A stretch of DNA of 64,000 bases from Bacteroidales bacterium (lineage in GTDB: Bacteria; Bacteroidota; Bacteroidia; Bacteroidales; UBA3663). Numbering within the stretch: position 1 is the first letter of the stretch; every line of letters starts with the position of its first letter. Under the pieces are notes generated by a model, which worked only from the letters and a program-made list of their open reading frames with translations, did not search any database and was not told the origin of the DNA. Location: NCBI GenBank assembly GCA_024694125.1, contig JAILKE010000060.1:35247-99246 (forward strand), written 5' to 3'. This document shows positions 30,943 to 39,846 of the stretch, piece by piece. The position numbers and the translations under genes are program-made.

Positions 30943-33219
30943 ATGAAACAAACGAATTACCACCTCTTCGACTTCCTGGACTTCGACCCGCAGCTGCAGG
31001 CCGACGAGTCACTGTGGACCGCCTGCCGCCCTACACGCATTGAGTCCATAGGGGGAACGATAGAGATGGAGGTACCCTTCCAACGACAATTGCTCCAGAA
31101 CGACATGCAGGCCGACACCGACGCCCCACGCGAAGTGCACCGCCTGCAGTTGCGCCTATACAACAACCAGACATTGCGCCTGACCATCACGTTGGGCCAC
31201 CCTCAGCTGGCAGCACAGACGGGCGACCTGACCAACGACGAGATGCTCAGCTACGAACCATCGGTCCACACCCTGCCACTGCAGGTGCGCCTGGCAGAAC
31301 AGGACCTGTACGAGGTGGTGGGCGACGACGGCCGCATCTATGCCCGACTGGACAACCGCGAACCGGTACTGGACCCATGGAGCGACCTGCTGCCCGCACC
31401 ACAGGAGACATTGGCCCTGACCCTCTACCCCGAGGGCAACGACAAGGCGGTCCACCTGTCGGCCTATGACCACTTCTCGCCCCCTCGCTACGATGCGCTG
31501 CCATTGGCCTACGTGCGCCGCAACGGCCGCATAGACAGCACGACGCTGTCGGTGGAGTGCCTGCCGGACGAATGCTTCGTCGGCTCGGGCGAACGGTTCA
31601 CCAAGATGGACCTGTCGGGCCGCACCTTCCAGCTCAAGAACCAGGATGGACAGGGTGTCAACAACCGCCGCTGCTACAAGAACGTACCGTTCTGCATGAG
31701 CAACCGCATGTACGGCCTGTTCTACCACACATCGGCGTACAGCAAACTGTCACTGGCGGACCACTCGACCCGCTCGGTACAGATGTTGAGCGAAGAACCG
31801 CAGATGGACCTGTTCGTCATAGGCGGCGAGGTGCCCGAACGCATCCAGTACCACTACCGCCAGTTGACGGGATTCTCGCCGATGCTGCCGCTGTGGAGCT
31901 TCGGCATCTGGATGAGCAGGATGAGCTACTTCTCGGCGGACGAGGTGCAGGCTATCTGCGACCGTCTGCGCCGCGAACACTACCCTTGCGACGTGATCCA
32001 TCTGGACACCGGCTGGTTCAGGACGGACTGGCTGTGTGAGTGGAAGTTCAACGAGGAGCGCTTCCCCGACCCTCGCGGCTTCGTACAGGGGCTGCTGCAC
32101 GACGGGTTCCGCGTGTCGCTGTGGCAGTTGCCCTACGTGGCCGAGGAGGCGGAGCAGTTGGACGAAGCAGTCGCACACCAGTACATTGCCCCTCGCCCCA
32201 ACCGCAAGAGCAACGGCTCGGGCTCGAACTTCTCGACATTGGACTACGCCGGTACCATCGACTTCACCAACCCCGAGGCTGTGGAGTGGTACCAGGGTCT
32301 GCTGCGCCGATTGCTCGACCTGGGCGTGACCTGTATCAAGACCGACTTCGGCGAGAACATCCACATGGATGCACACTACCACGACGGCCGTACGCCCGAA
32401 CAGTTGAACAACATCTACTCCATCCTGTACCAACGCTCGGCATGGGAAGTGACGCGCCAGGTGTGTGGCGACGGCATCGTGTGGGGACGCTCTGCCTGGG
32501 CTGGCGGCCAACGCTACCCACTGCACTGGGGCGGCGACTCGGCTCACTCGTGGGACGGCATGGCAGGCAGCTTGAAGGGTGGACTGCACTTCGGCCTGTC
32601 GGGCTTCTCCTTCTGGAGCCACGACGTACCGGGCTTCCACTCATTGCCCAACTTCATGAACTCGCCTCTGCACGACGACATCTATGTGCGCTGGACCCAG
32701 TTCGGGGTCTTCACCTCGCACATGCGCTACCACGGCACCTGCAAACGCGAACCCTGGGAGTACCCTGCCATCGCCCCTATCGTGCGCCGCTGGTGGCAAC
32801 TGCGCTACCGCCTGATGCCCTACATCGTCCAGCAGGCTGAACAGTGCACGCACTCGGGCTACCCGATGGTGCGCGCCCTGCTCTACCATCACCCGGACGA
32901 CGTGACGGTATGGCACATCGACGATGAATATTACTTCGGCGACTCGTTCCTGGTCTGCCCTGTGATGAACTCGGACAACCGCCGCGACATCTACCTGCCC
33001 GAAGGCGAGTGGGTACATTTCTTCACTGGCCAGAAGTGGCAAGGCGGTCGCTGGTACAAGCAGGTTGAGGTTCCCCTGGAACAGATGCCTGTCTTCGTGC
33101 ATCCCGGCACTGTGATTCCGGTCTATCCCGACCAGGTGGAGTGCACCGACCAGATGGACCTGTCGCGCCAGACCAGCCTCGTGATCGATGAAGAGTTTCA
33201 TGGGATGAAAATGGATTAG
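30943..33219 (+). CDS. glycoside hydrolase family 31 (alpha-xylosidase/alpha-glucosidase-like)
   Basis: The GH31 catalytic region is VTCIKTDFGE, followed by PLHWGGDS and WTQFGVFTSHMRYHG. There is no signal peptide. Confidence 0.88.
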   Translation: MKQTNYHLFDFLDFDPQLQADESLWTACRPTRIESIGGTIEMEVPFQRQLLQNDMQADTDAPREVHRLQLRLYNNQTLRLTITLGHPQLAAQTGDLTNDEMLSYEPSVHTLPLQVRLAEQDLYEVVGDDGRIYARLDNREPVLDPWSDLLPAPQETLALTLYPEGNDKAVHLSAYDHFSPPRYDALPLAYVRRNGRIDSTTLSVECLPDECFVGSGERFTKMDLSGRTFQLKNQDGQGVNNRRCYKNVPFCMSNRMYGLFYHTSAYSKLSLADHSTRSVQMLSEEPQMDLFVIGGEVPERIQYHYRQLTGFSPMLPLWSFGIWMSRMSYFSADEVQAICDRLRREHYPCDVIHLDTGWFRTDWLCEWKFNEERFPDPRGFVQGLLHDGFRVSLWQLPYVAEEAEQLDEAVAHQYIAPRPNRKSNGSGSNFSTLDYAGTIDFTNPEAVEWYQGLLRRLLDLGVTCIKTDFGENIHMDAHYHDGRTPEQLNNIYSILYQRSAWEVTRQVCGDGIVWGRSAWAGGQRYPLHWGGDSAHSWDGMAGSLKGGLHFGLSGFSFWSHDVPGFHSLPNFMNSPLHDDIYVRWTQFGVFTSHMRYHGTCKREPWEYPAIAPIVRRWWQLRYRLMPYIVQQAEQCTHSGYPMVRALLYHHPDDVTVWHIDDEYYFGDSFLVCPVMNSDNRRDIYLPEGEWVHFFTGQKWQGGRWYKQVEVPLEQMPVFVHPGTVIPVYPDQVECTDQMDLSRQTSLVIDEEFHGMKMD

Positions 33220-33308
33220 TTTTGCATATATAGCTTTATTATTGGCCAATCAAGCCCTCTTTTGTCACTTTTTCTACTATAAATCATGCAGATTTAAGTA
33301 AAAATATA

Positions 33309-33316
33309 TACCTTTG
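33309..33316 (+). promoter_or_regulatory. -7 box TACCTTTG
   Basis: TAnnTTTG match about 17 nt upstream of the ATG at 33333. Confidence 0.5.
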
Positions 33317-33332
33317 CAAAAAATATACTGAT

Positions 33333-33554
33333 ATGGAAGCAATTACTTTTAACCCAGCTCAAGTGCATGTGCTCAATTTGATGTCACATATCAAGTCACC
33401 TGTAGGTTTGGAGCAATTGAAAAAGCAACTTGCTGACTTCTATGCCAAACAGGTAGATGACGAGATGGACGCTCTATGGGAAAGTGGACAATGGGACGAA
33501 AAGAAAATGCAGGAATTGCGCGGTTCTCATTTCCGTACCCCCTATAACAAATAA
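33333..33554 (+). CDS. putative antitoxin of the PIN toxin (73 aa)
   Basis: Small acidic ORF ending 3 nt before the PIN gene. The call rests on position only. Confidence 0.5.
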   Translation: MEAITFNPAQVHVLNLMSHIKSPVGLEQLKKQLADFYAKQVDDEMDALWESGQWDEKKMQELRGSHFRTPYNK

Positions 33555-33557
33555 GAG

Positions 33558-33980
33558 ATGAATCCAGTAGTTATCGACACAAATTGTCTGCTGCAGATTA
33601 TAGCCCGCCAAAGTCCCTATCGTCCGATATGGGACGCTTTCATTGCGGGCCAATATGAACTGTGTGTATCGAATGAGATTCTTGAGGAGTATCAGGAGAT
33701 TCTGGCGCAACAAATAACGCCCTCCATAGCGGAGAATATCGTTTTGCTTATTTTGAATAAAGAGAACGTAAGATTCGTTGACCCTCATTTCCGCATGATG
33801 ATTATTACGGCAGACCCGGATGACAACAAGTTCGTCGATTGTGCCTTTGCTGCTGGAGCGGATTATCTGGTAACGGAGGACAACCATTTCAATGTGCTGC
33901 ACTCCACTCCTTTTCCCCAGTTGAACCTTGTCACTCTGGACGAGTTTATGCGGACAAGAATCATAAATGGCAATTTGTGA
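33558..33980 (+). CDS. PIN-domain toxin (PIN_3-like putative RNase)
   Basis: The N-terminal VVIDTNCLLQ carries the first acidic residue. ILEEYQEIL, DPDDNKFVDCA and YLVTEDNHF are typical of PIN_3 toxins. Confidence 0.8.
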   Translation: MNPVVIDTNCLLQIIARQSPYRPIWDAFIAGQYELCVSNEILEEYQEILAQQITPSIAENIVLLILNKENVRFVDPHFRMMIITADPDDNKFVDCAFAAGADYLVTEDNHFNVLHSTPFPQLNLVTLDEFMRTRIINGNL

Positions 33981-34024
33981 TTAATTATTAGTAATTTGTA
34001 ATTAGTATTTATTCTCTCTATACT

Positions 34025-36889
34025 ATGAAGACGTGGAAAGACAACATGGCCGAAACCAAGCAACACTACATTGACTGGTGGAACCATAAAGGCATAGTAC
34101 TCAACATGTGGGAACACTTCCAGGTGGGAGTGAAACCACACGGCCCATACGCTGGGGAGGAACCTGTGCGCGAGGCTCAATCGACGGGTTTCGGCACGGG
34201 CAACGTCATACCCGGCGCCCCTGTACCGAAGGACAATGACCAGAAATGGTTTGACCCGGAGTGGAGAGCCGAATATCTGGACTGGTACGTCGGACACTCC
34301 TGCCTCAAGGCCGATATGTTGCCTGTAGCCAACACGCAGCTGGGACCTGGCTCGATGTCGGCCATACTGGGCGCTCAGTTCGAGGGCGGTGACGATACCA
34401 TCTGGATTCATCCCGACCCGAACTATACGGACGACTTCCAGTTTGACCCCAATCACCCGAACTACCTGCTGCACAAACGTCTGCTGCAGGCGTGCAAGAA
34501 GCGCGCCCAGGGACACTACTACGTAGGTATGCCCGACCTGATGGAGGGCATCGACGTACTGGCTGGCATGAAGGGTACTGACCGCGTGATGATGGACATC
34601 ATGGAACAGCCAGAGGTGCTCGAGGCACAGATGCAACGCATCAACGATGCCTACTTCAAGGTCTTTGACGAACTGTACGACATCATCAAGGAGGAGGACG
34701 GCGAGATGGCTTTCTGCTACTTCTCGGCATGGGCGCCGGGCAAGATGTCCAAGCTGCAGTGCGACCTATCGACCATGCTGAGCGACGAGGACTACCGACG
34801 CTTCGTGCAGCCGTTCATCCGCGAGCAGTGCCAGCACATCCCATACACAATCTATCATCTGGACGGCGTGGGCGCCATGCACCATCTGCCTGCATTGCTC
34901 GAAATCAAGGAACTCAAAGCCATTCAGTGGACTCCCGGCGTAGGCGAACCCCAAGGTGGATCGCCCAAGTGGTATGACCTGTACCGCAAGATACTGGCTG
35001 GCGGCAAGAGCGTGCTTATCTCGTGGGTCACTCTGCCGGAACTGCGTCCGCTGCTGGAAGCAATCGGCACCGATGGCGTGCATCTGGAAATGGACTTCCA
35101 CAACGAGGAGGAGGTGGCCGAGGCACAGCGCATCATCGACGAGGTTCGCGCTGCCCAACTACGCCCCCGCGGCTCGGCACTGGCCATGGGCCAGTTTGCT
35201 CCAACATCGGGCTACAAACCTATCGCCGTACAACGCCCGCCCCTGGAGGAGGTGATGCGCCAGCGTATCCTCATCTTCGACGGCGCGATGGGTACCACCA
35301 TCCATGCCCTGCACCTGACGGGTACCAGCGGCAGCAACGAGTATCTCAGCATCGAACGCCCCGAGGTGATAGGCGAGATCTACCGCCGTTTCCTGGATGC
35401 GGGATCGGACATCATCACGACCAATACGTTCAATGCACAACGCTGCTCACTGCCCGCTCAGTTTGCGGACCAGACGCGCGAGATCAACATAGCTGCCACC
35501 CGACTGGCACGTCAGATGGCTGACGCCTTCACATTGGCCCATCCCGACAAACCCCGTTACGTCCTGGGCGGTGCAGGTCCAACACGCGAGACAATCTCGA
35601 TGGAGGGCTCGGCGCTCAACTTCGACCAGTTGGTCCAGATATACCAGGAACAGTGCGAGGCGCAACTGGAAGCCGGCGTGGACGGTCTGTTGAATGAGAC
35701 TATCTTCGACACGCAGAACTGCGAAGCCTATCTGCACGCCGCCATGGCTGCAATGCAGCGGACTGGCATACGGGTACCGCTCTTACTGAGTTTCACGGTA
35801 CGCACGGCTGAGGGTTACAATATGGTGGGACAGAACGTCATAGACTTCTGCAAGCAGTTGCACCCGGACTACCACGTGCTGTCGGTGGGCATCAACTGCA
35901 ACCCCGACATCCCGATGGTGACCGACCTGACACGCCGCCTCGCCACCGAGACGCCTTACTATATCTCGGTCTTCCCCAACGCGGGCATCCCGGATGCAGA
36001 CGGGGTCTTCCCCACTCAGCCGGACCTGTTCCAGCGCCAGATGTGGCCGATGTTCGACGAACATATCATCAACATCGTGGGCGGTTGCTGTGGTACGCAC
36101 GACGGTCACATGCGGGCATTGGCCCAACTGGTCGAGCCCGCTCCCGGCTGCTTTGTCTCTCCCCGCATCCCGGGCAAGTGGCCCGCAGTCGGCACATCGG
36201 CCCCAACCGCCGCACAAGGTACCCAGTCATCGGCCGAAACTGGTCCTAAAGTCACTCCGCTGCAGCAGGCAGTCCTGTCGGGCAAGGTAGCCGATGCCCA
36301 ACCATTGGTCCAGACCATGCTCAATGAGGGCACTCCAGGCAGCGACATCATCAACGAGATGATTGGCGCAATGAGCATACTGGGCAGCCGATTCGAGGAG
36401 GGCAAGGCCTTCGTGCCGCAACTGCTGATGGCGGGCAAGACGATGAAGGCTGCCATGGCTATCATCAAGGAATACCAGACCTCGCACGGCGGCTCGGACC
36501 AAGTAGAGAGCCTCGGCAAGGTTGTGGTCGGCACGGTCAAAGGCGACCTGCACGACATCGGCAAGAACCTGGTCATCTCGATGCTGGAAGGCTCCGGATT
36601 CGAGGTCATTGACCTGGGCATCGATGTCCCTGCCGAGAAGTTCGTCGAAGCGGTCAAACGTGAGAAAGCCGACATCCTCAGTATGTCTGCCCTACTCACC
36701 ACCACCATGACCTATATGCCCGAAGTCCTGAAAGCCCTCTGCGATGCCGGCATCCGCGACCAGGTCAAGGTCATGATAGGTGGCGCTCCCGTCACTCAGG
36801 ACTTCTGTGACCGCATCGGCGCCGATGCCTACACGGACAATGCCAACCAGGCCGTCGCCTGCGCCAAGGAGTTGATGAAGAAGAAATGA
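34025..36889 (+). CDS. MetH-like corrinoid-dependent methyltransferase: unknown N-terminal module + homocysteine S-methyltransferase domain + B12-binding cap/Rossmann domains
   Basis: Hcy domain, aa ~408-705: IFDGAMGT, IITTNTFNA, ETIFDT, VGINC and GGCCGTHDGH (Zn cysteines). B12 domain, aa ~743-954: GTVKGDLHDIGKNLV, SALLTTTM and MIGGAP. Aa 1-380 carry no motif I can place, and I saw no pterin-binding (GERxN-type) or AdoMet-reactivation domain. Confidence 0.75.
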   Translation: MKTWKDNMAETKQHYIDWWNHKGIVLNMWEHFQVGVKPHGPYAGEEPVREAQSTGFGTGNVIPGAPVPKDNDQKWFDPEWRAEYLDWYVGHSCLKADMLPVANTQLGPGSMSAILGAQFEGGDDTIWIHPDPNYTDDFQFDPNHPNYLLHKRLLQACKKRAQGHYYVGMPDLMEGIDVLAGMKGTDRVMMDIMEQPEVLEAQMQRINDAYFKVFDELYDIIKEEDGEMAFCYFSAWAPGKMSKLQCDLSTMLSDEDYRRFVQPFIREQCQHIPYTIYHLDGVGAMHHLPALLEIKELKAIQWTPGVGEPQGGSPKWYDLYRKILAGGKSVLISWVTLPELRPLLEAIGTDGVHLEMDFHNEEEVAEAQRIIDEVRAAQLRPRGSALAMGQFAPTSGYKPIAVQRPPLEEVMRQRILIFDGAMGTTIHALHLTGTSGSNEYLSIERPEVIGEIYRRFLDAGSDIITTNTFNAQRCSLPAQFADQTREINIAATRLARQMADAFTLAHPDKPRYVLGGAGPTRETISMEGSALNFDQLVQIYQEQCEAQLEAGVDGLLNETIFDTQNCEAYLHAAMAAMQRTGIRVPLLLSFTVRTAEGYNMVGQNVIDFCKQLHPDYHVLSVGINCNPDIPMVTDLTRRLATETPYYISVFPNAGIPDADGVFPTQPDLFQRQMWPMFDEHIINIVGGCCGTHDGHMRALAQLVEPAPGCFVSPRIPGKWPAVGTSAPTAAQGTQSSAETGPKVTPLQQAVLSGKVADAQPLVQTMLNEGTPGSDIINEMIGAMSILGSRFEEGKAFVPQLLMAGKTMKAAMAIIKEYQTSHGGSDQVESLGKVVVGTVKGDLHDIGKNLVISMLEGSGFEVIDLGIDVPAEKFVEAVKREKADILSMSALLTTTMTYMPEVLKALCDAGIRDQVKVMIGGAPVTQDFCDRIGADAYTDNANQAVACAKELMKKK

Positions 36890-36970
36890 CTCATATTGAA
36901 CAACGTTCGTAAAAAAAACTCATTGAGATACAGCATTTTAACTCAATTACAATCAAAAACAAGGAAAGTC

Positions 36971-37020
36971 GCTACTTCGGATCTTTCGCGAAAATCCGAA
37001 GTAGCACTCCCGATTTTCTC
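36971..37020 (+). terminator. hairpin terminator after the MetH-like gene
   Basis: A 12-bp perfect stem pairs GCTACTTCGGAT (36971-36982) with ATCCGAAGTAGC (36994-37005). GATTTTCTC follows a few nt downstream. Confidence 0.5.
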
Positions 37021-37211
37021 TGAATATCTGAAGTAAAGACCCCCCTTACGTCCGAGAACCGTTCCAACTGTTCCGGACTCTACATCGTGCACAACCTCTG
37101 TCCCCCATAAAAATGCTTTCGGTTGTGCGCATTTTCTCACTTTCGTGCAAAGAATTGGTCAAATATCCAACAAATTGGCCCCTACACACAAAAACATTCC
37201 CATTTTTTCAT

Positions 37212-37219
37212 TATATTTG
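37212..37219 (+). promoter_or_regulatory. -7 box TATATTTG
   Basis: TAnnTTTG match about 67 nt upstream of the ATG at 37286. Confidence 0.5.
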
Positions 37220-37285
37220 CGAGTTGAATTATTGTGGGCGGCACACGCGGCAAGTGGGTCGTCACAATATAAAACTTATACAACC

Positions 37286-38929
37286 ATGACAGAACAGCTA
37301 CATATCATTGATTGGGTCATATTGGCCACGTATTTCATTGTATTGCTGGCGATAGGCCTGTGGGCATCGCGACAGCAGAAACAGACAGGCAAGGGTGCAT
37401 TCCTGGCGAGCAAGTCGCTCAGCTGGCATCACATCGGCCTGAGTATGTGGGGAACCAATGTAGGACCTTCGATGCTGATAGCCTCATGTTCGAGCGGCTT
37501 TGCTGCTGGCGTGGTATCGGGCAACTATGCATGGTATGCCTTCGTCTTCATCGCCCTGCTGGCATTCGTCTTTGCGCCGCGGTACCTGGGCGAGAACATC
37601 TCGACCCTGCCGGAGTTCATGGGCAGGAGGTTTGGTTCTTCGACACGGACCATGCTGGCATGGTACACCATCGTGACGATATTGATCTCGTGGCTGGCAT
37701 TGACGCTCTTTGCCGGCGGCGTATTGATCAGACAGATATTCGGCATCCCGATGTTCTGGTCAGCGCTGATTCTGTTGGCCATAGCGGCATTCTTCACGAT
37801 GCTGGGCGGCCTGCGCGCAGTGGCCTACACGAACGTCTATCAGATGACATTGCTCATCGTGGTATCGACCCTGCTCACCGTGGCTGGCATAGTCAAACTG
37901 GGCGGCGGCTCGTTCATGGGTGGCATCGATGTATTGAGCAACCCCGACATCGTGCCAGCACATTACTGGAACCTGTTCCAGCCACTCTCAGACCCGGACT
38001 TCCCCTGGTTGCCCATCCTGCTGGGCTATCCCGTGATGGGTATCTGGTTCTGGTGCACCGACCAGAGTATGGTCCAACCGGTTCTGGCTGCCCGCTCCCT
38101 GCGCGAGGGACAGAAAGGCGCCAACTTCTGCGGCTGGCTCAAAATATTGGACGTAGCCATCTATATCATACCGGGCATCGTGTGCTTCGCATTGTGCAAG
38201 ACCGGAGTCTTCACCCAGACTCCATCGGCCGATGACTCGTATATGTTCATGGTGACCAATATCTTCCCCGTCGGAATGGTGGGTCTGGTACTGGCCGTAC
38301 TGACCGCTGCATTGGTATCGACCATCGGATCGGCGCTCAATGCACTGTCAACCGTCTTCACGATGGACATCTATGTGAAGAACTTCCAGCAGGATGCCAC
38401 CGAGGCACAGATACGCCGCACGGCTCACATCGTCACCGTACTGGGCGCATTGGTCAGCATAGTGATATGCGTGGCAGTGGACCTGATCAAGGACATTCCG
38501 TTGTTCAACATCTTCCAGTCTGTACTGTCGTTCATCGCACCGCCTATGGCAGCCGTATTCGTGATGGGCGTATTCTGGAAACGTTGCACACCACTGGCTG
38601 CCAACCTGACATTGACCTTCGGCACCGGAGTCTGCCTCCTGGTCGGCATATTGTACTACACGATGCCCGATGGCGTGATTCCGGCCTCGGTAGTGACGTC
38701 GGAATTCGGCATAGTGACGGGAGTGCTCAAATGGCCACACTTCATGATGCTGTCGTTCTACCTCTTCGTCATGCTGATATTGGCTATGGTCATCATCAGC
38801 CTGTGCGACAAGACTCCGAACAACCGTACCGACATGCGTCGCGTGAGTGAACCAATGTCCCGCAGCGTGTGGATATCGTGGATTGCCTTGGCCGTGGTGA
38901 TGGTAGGACTGTATATATTCTTCAATTGA
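37286..38929 (+). CDS. sodium:solute symporter (SSS) family transporter
   Basis: The start is at MTEQLHIIDWVILATYFIVLLAIGLWASRQQ (typical SSS N-terminus), followed by about 13-14 TM segments. The upstream part of the ORF-track frame includes the promoter. Confidence 0.85.
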   Translation: MTEQLHIIDWVILATYFIVLLAIGLWASRQQKQTGKGAFLASKSLSWHHIGLSMWGTNVGPSMLIASCSSGFAAGVVSGNYAWYAFVFIALLAFVFAPRYLGENISTLPEFMGRRFGSSTRTMLAWYTIVTILISWLALTLFAGGVLIRQIFGIPMFWSALILLAIAAFFTMLGGLRAVAYTNVYQMTLLIVVSTLLTVAGIVKLGGGSFMGGIDVLSNPDIVPAHYWNLFQPLSDPDFPWLPILLGYPVMGIWFWCTDQSMVQPVLAARSLREGQKGANFCGWLKILDVAIYIIPGIVCFALCKTGVFTQTPSADDSYMFMVTNIFPVGMVGLVLAVLTAALVSTIGSALNALSTVFTMDIYVKNFQQDATEAQIRRTAHIVTVLGALVSIVICVAVDLIKDIPLFNIFQSVLSFIAPPMAAVFVMGVFWKRCTPLAANLTLTFGTGVCLLVGILYYTMPDGVIPASVVTSEFGIVTGVLKWPHFMMLSFYLFVMLILAMVIISLCDKTPNNRTDMRRVSEPMSRSVWISWIALAVVMVGLYIFFN

Positions 38930-39035
38930 TTGTATTTAATCATGGTAAGCAGCAATACATCGTGCCTCACATTATGGAATGCCTTGCCTGGGGTTCGGGT
39001 CCAATCATGGCGAACATTGGGACGACCAATATGTT

Positions 39036-39083
39036 TAAAAAACAATACCCACTAACTTGACCTTTCGGCCAGAGGTTAGCGGG
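39036..39083 (-). terminator. hairpin with a U tract only in the minus orientation
   Basis: CCCACTAAC (39048-39056) pairs with GTTAGCGGG (39075-39083), with one mismatch. The minus strand continues TATTGTTTTTT (39046-39036). Confidence 0.35.
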
Positions 39084-39144
39084 ATTCATCGGCGCAAAGA
39101 TACAACGATTTTTGAAAAAATCCAAATTTTGAAGAGAAATATTT

Positions 39145-39837
39145 ATGAATTATAGCGATTTTGAGCATTTTATGTCGCAAAAGCGACTTAGCAGATACCT
39201 TTCGGCTTGCCACAACGACAAACGGAAGGCCATGACTCTCTATCGTTTAAATATGAGATTGGCGCAAGAACTGCTGACAATGGTGGCATGCTTCGAAGTC
39301 TCGTTGAGAAACGCTATTGACAATATTCTAGTACCTCAATTTGGGGCGGAATGGCTGAAAGATTCAGTTTCACCAGGAGGCATATTCACCAATCCAAAGC
39401 TCTGCAAGACATTCAAAACCATAGACAATGCCCTGCGCAAACTCAGTTCCCAAGGCACATATTCTCACTCCAAATTATTAGCCCAAATGGACTTCGGCAT
39501 GTGGAAATACATGTTCTCGCCAGTTCAGTACACCCTGACCAATCAGTCGTTACTGAAAGCATTTCCTTTCAAGCAGCGTTCTACACCCCAATTGCACATT
39601 AACCAATCATACATATTCAACGAACTGGACAAGGTAAACACCTTGCGAAACAGGATTGCTCACCACGAACCGCTCTGTTTCCCTGTTGGACAAGCTGTGA
39701 TTGACACAACTTACGTCAGAGTTGAGTACAACAAAATCAAAACTCTATATGCTTGGATGGGCATCGACAGCAGTTCCATGCTCTACGGCCTGGACCACGT
39801 ACTGCAGGTGTGTGACAAAATAGACAAATTACAATAA
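39145..39837 (+). CDS. Abi_2-like / HEPN-domain protein (230 aa)
   Basis: The N-terminus has FMSQKRLSRYL...MTLYRLNMRLAQELL..EVSLRN and the C-terminal motif is LRNRIAHHEP (Rx4-6H). The segment is AT-richer. The gene ends 9 nt before rlmI. Confidence 0.7.
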   Translation: MNYSDFEHFMSQKRLSRYLSACHNDKRKAMTLYRLNMRLAQELLTMVACFEVSLRNAIDNILVPQFGAEWLKDSVSPGGIFTNPKLCKTFKTIDNALRKLSSQGTYSHSKLLAQMDFGMWKYMFSPVQYTLTNQSLLKAFPFKQRSTPQLHINQSYIFNELDKVNTLRNRIAHHEPLCFPVGQAVIDTTYVRVEYNKIKTLYAWMGIDSSSMLYGLDHVLQVCDKIDKLQ

Positions 39838-39846
39838 ACTATATAT

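Noticed and set aside
36943-37140. 65-aa minus-strand ORF between the MetH-like gene and the SSS transporter
   Set aside because: It overlaps the terminator hairpin, lacks a promoter box, and has no motif. It is most likely non-coding.
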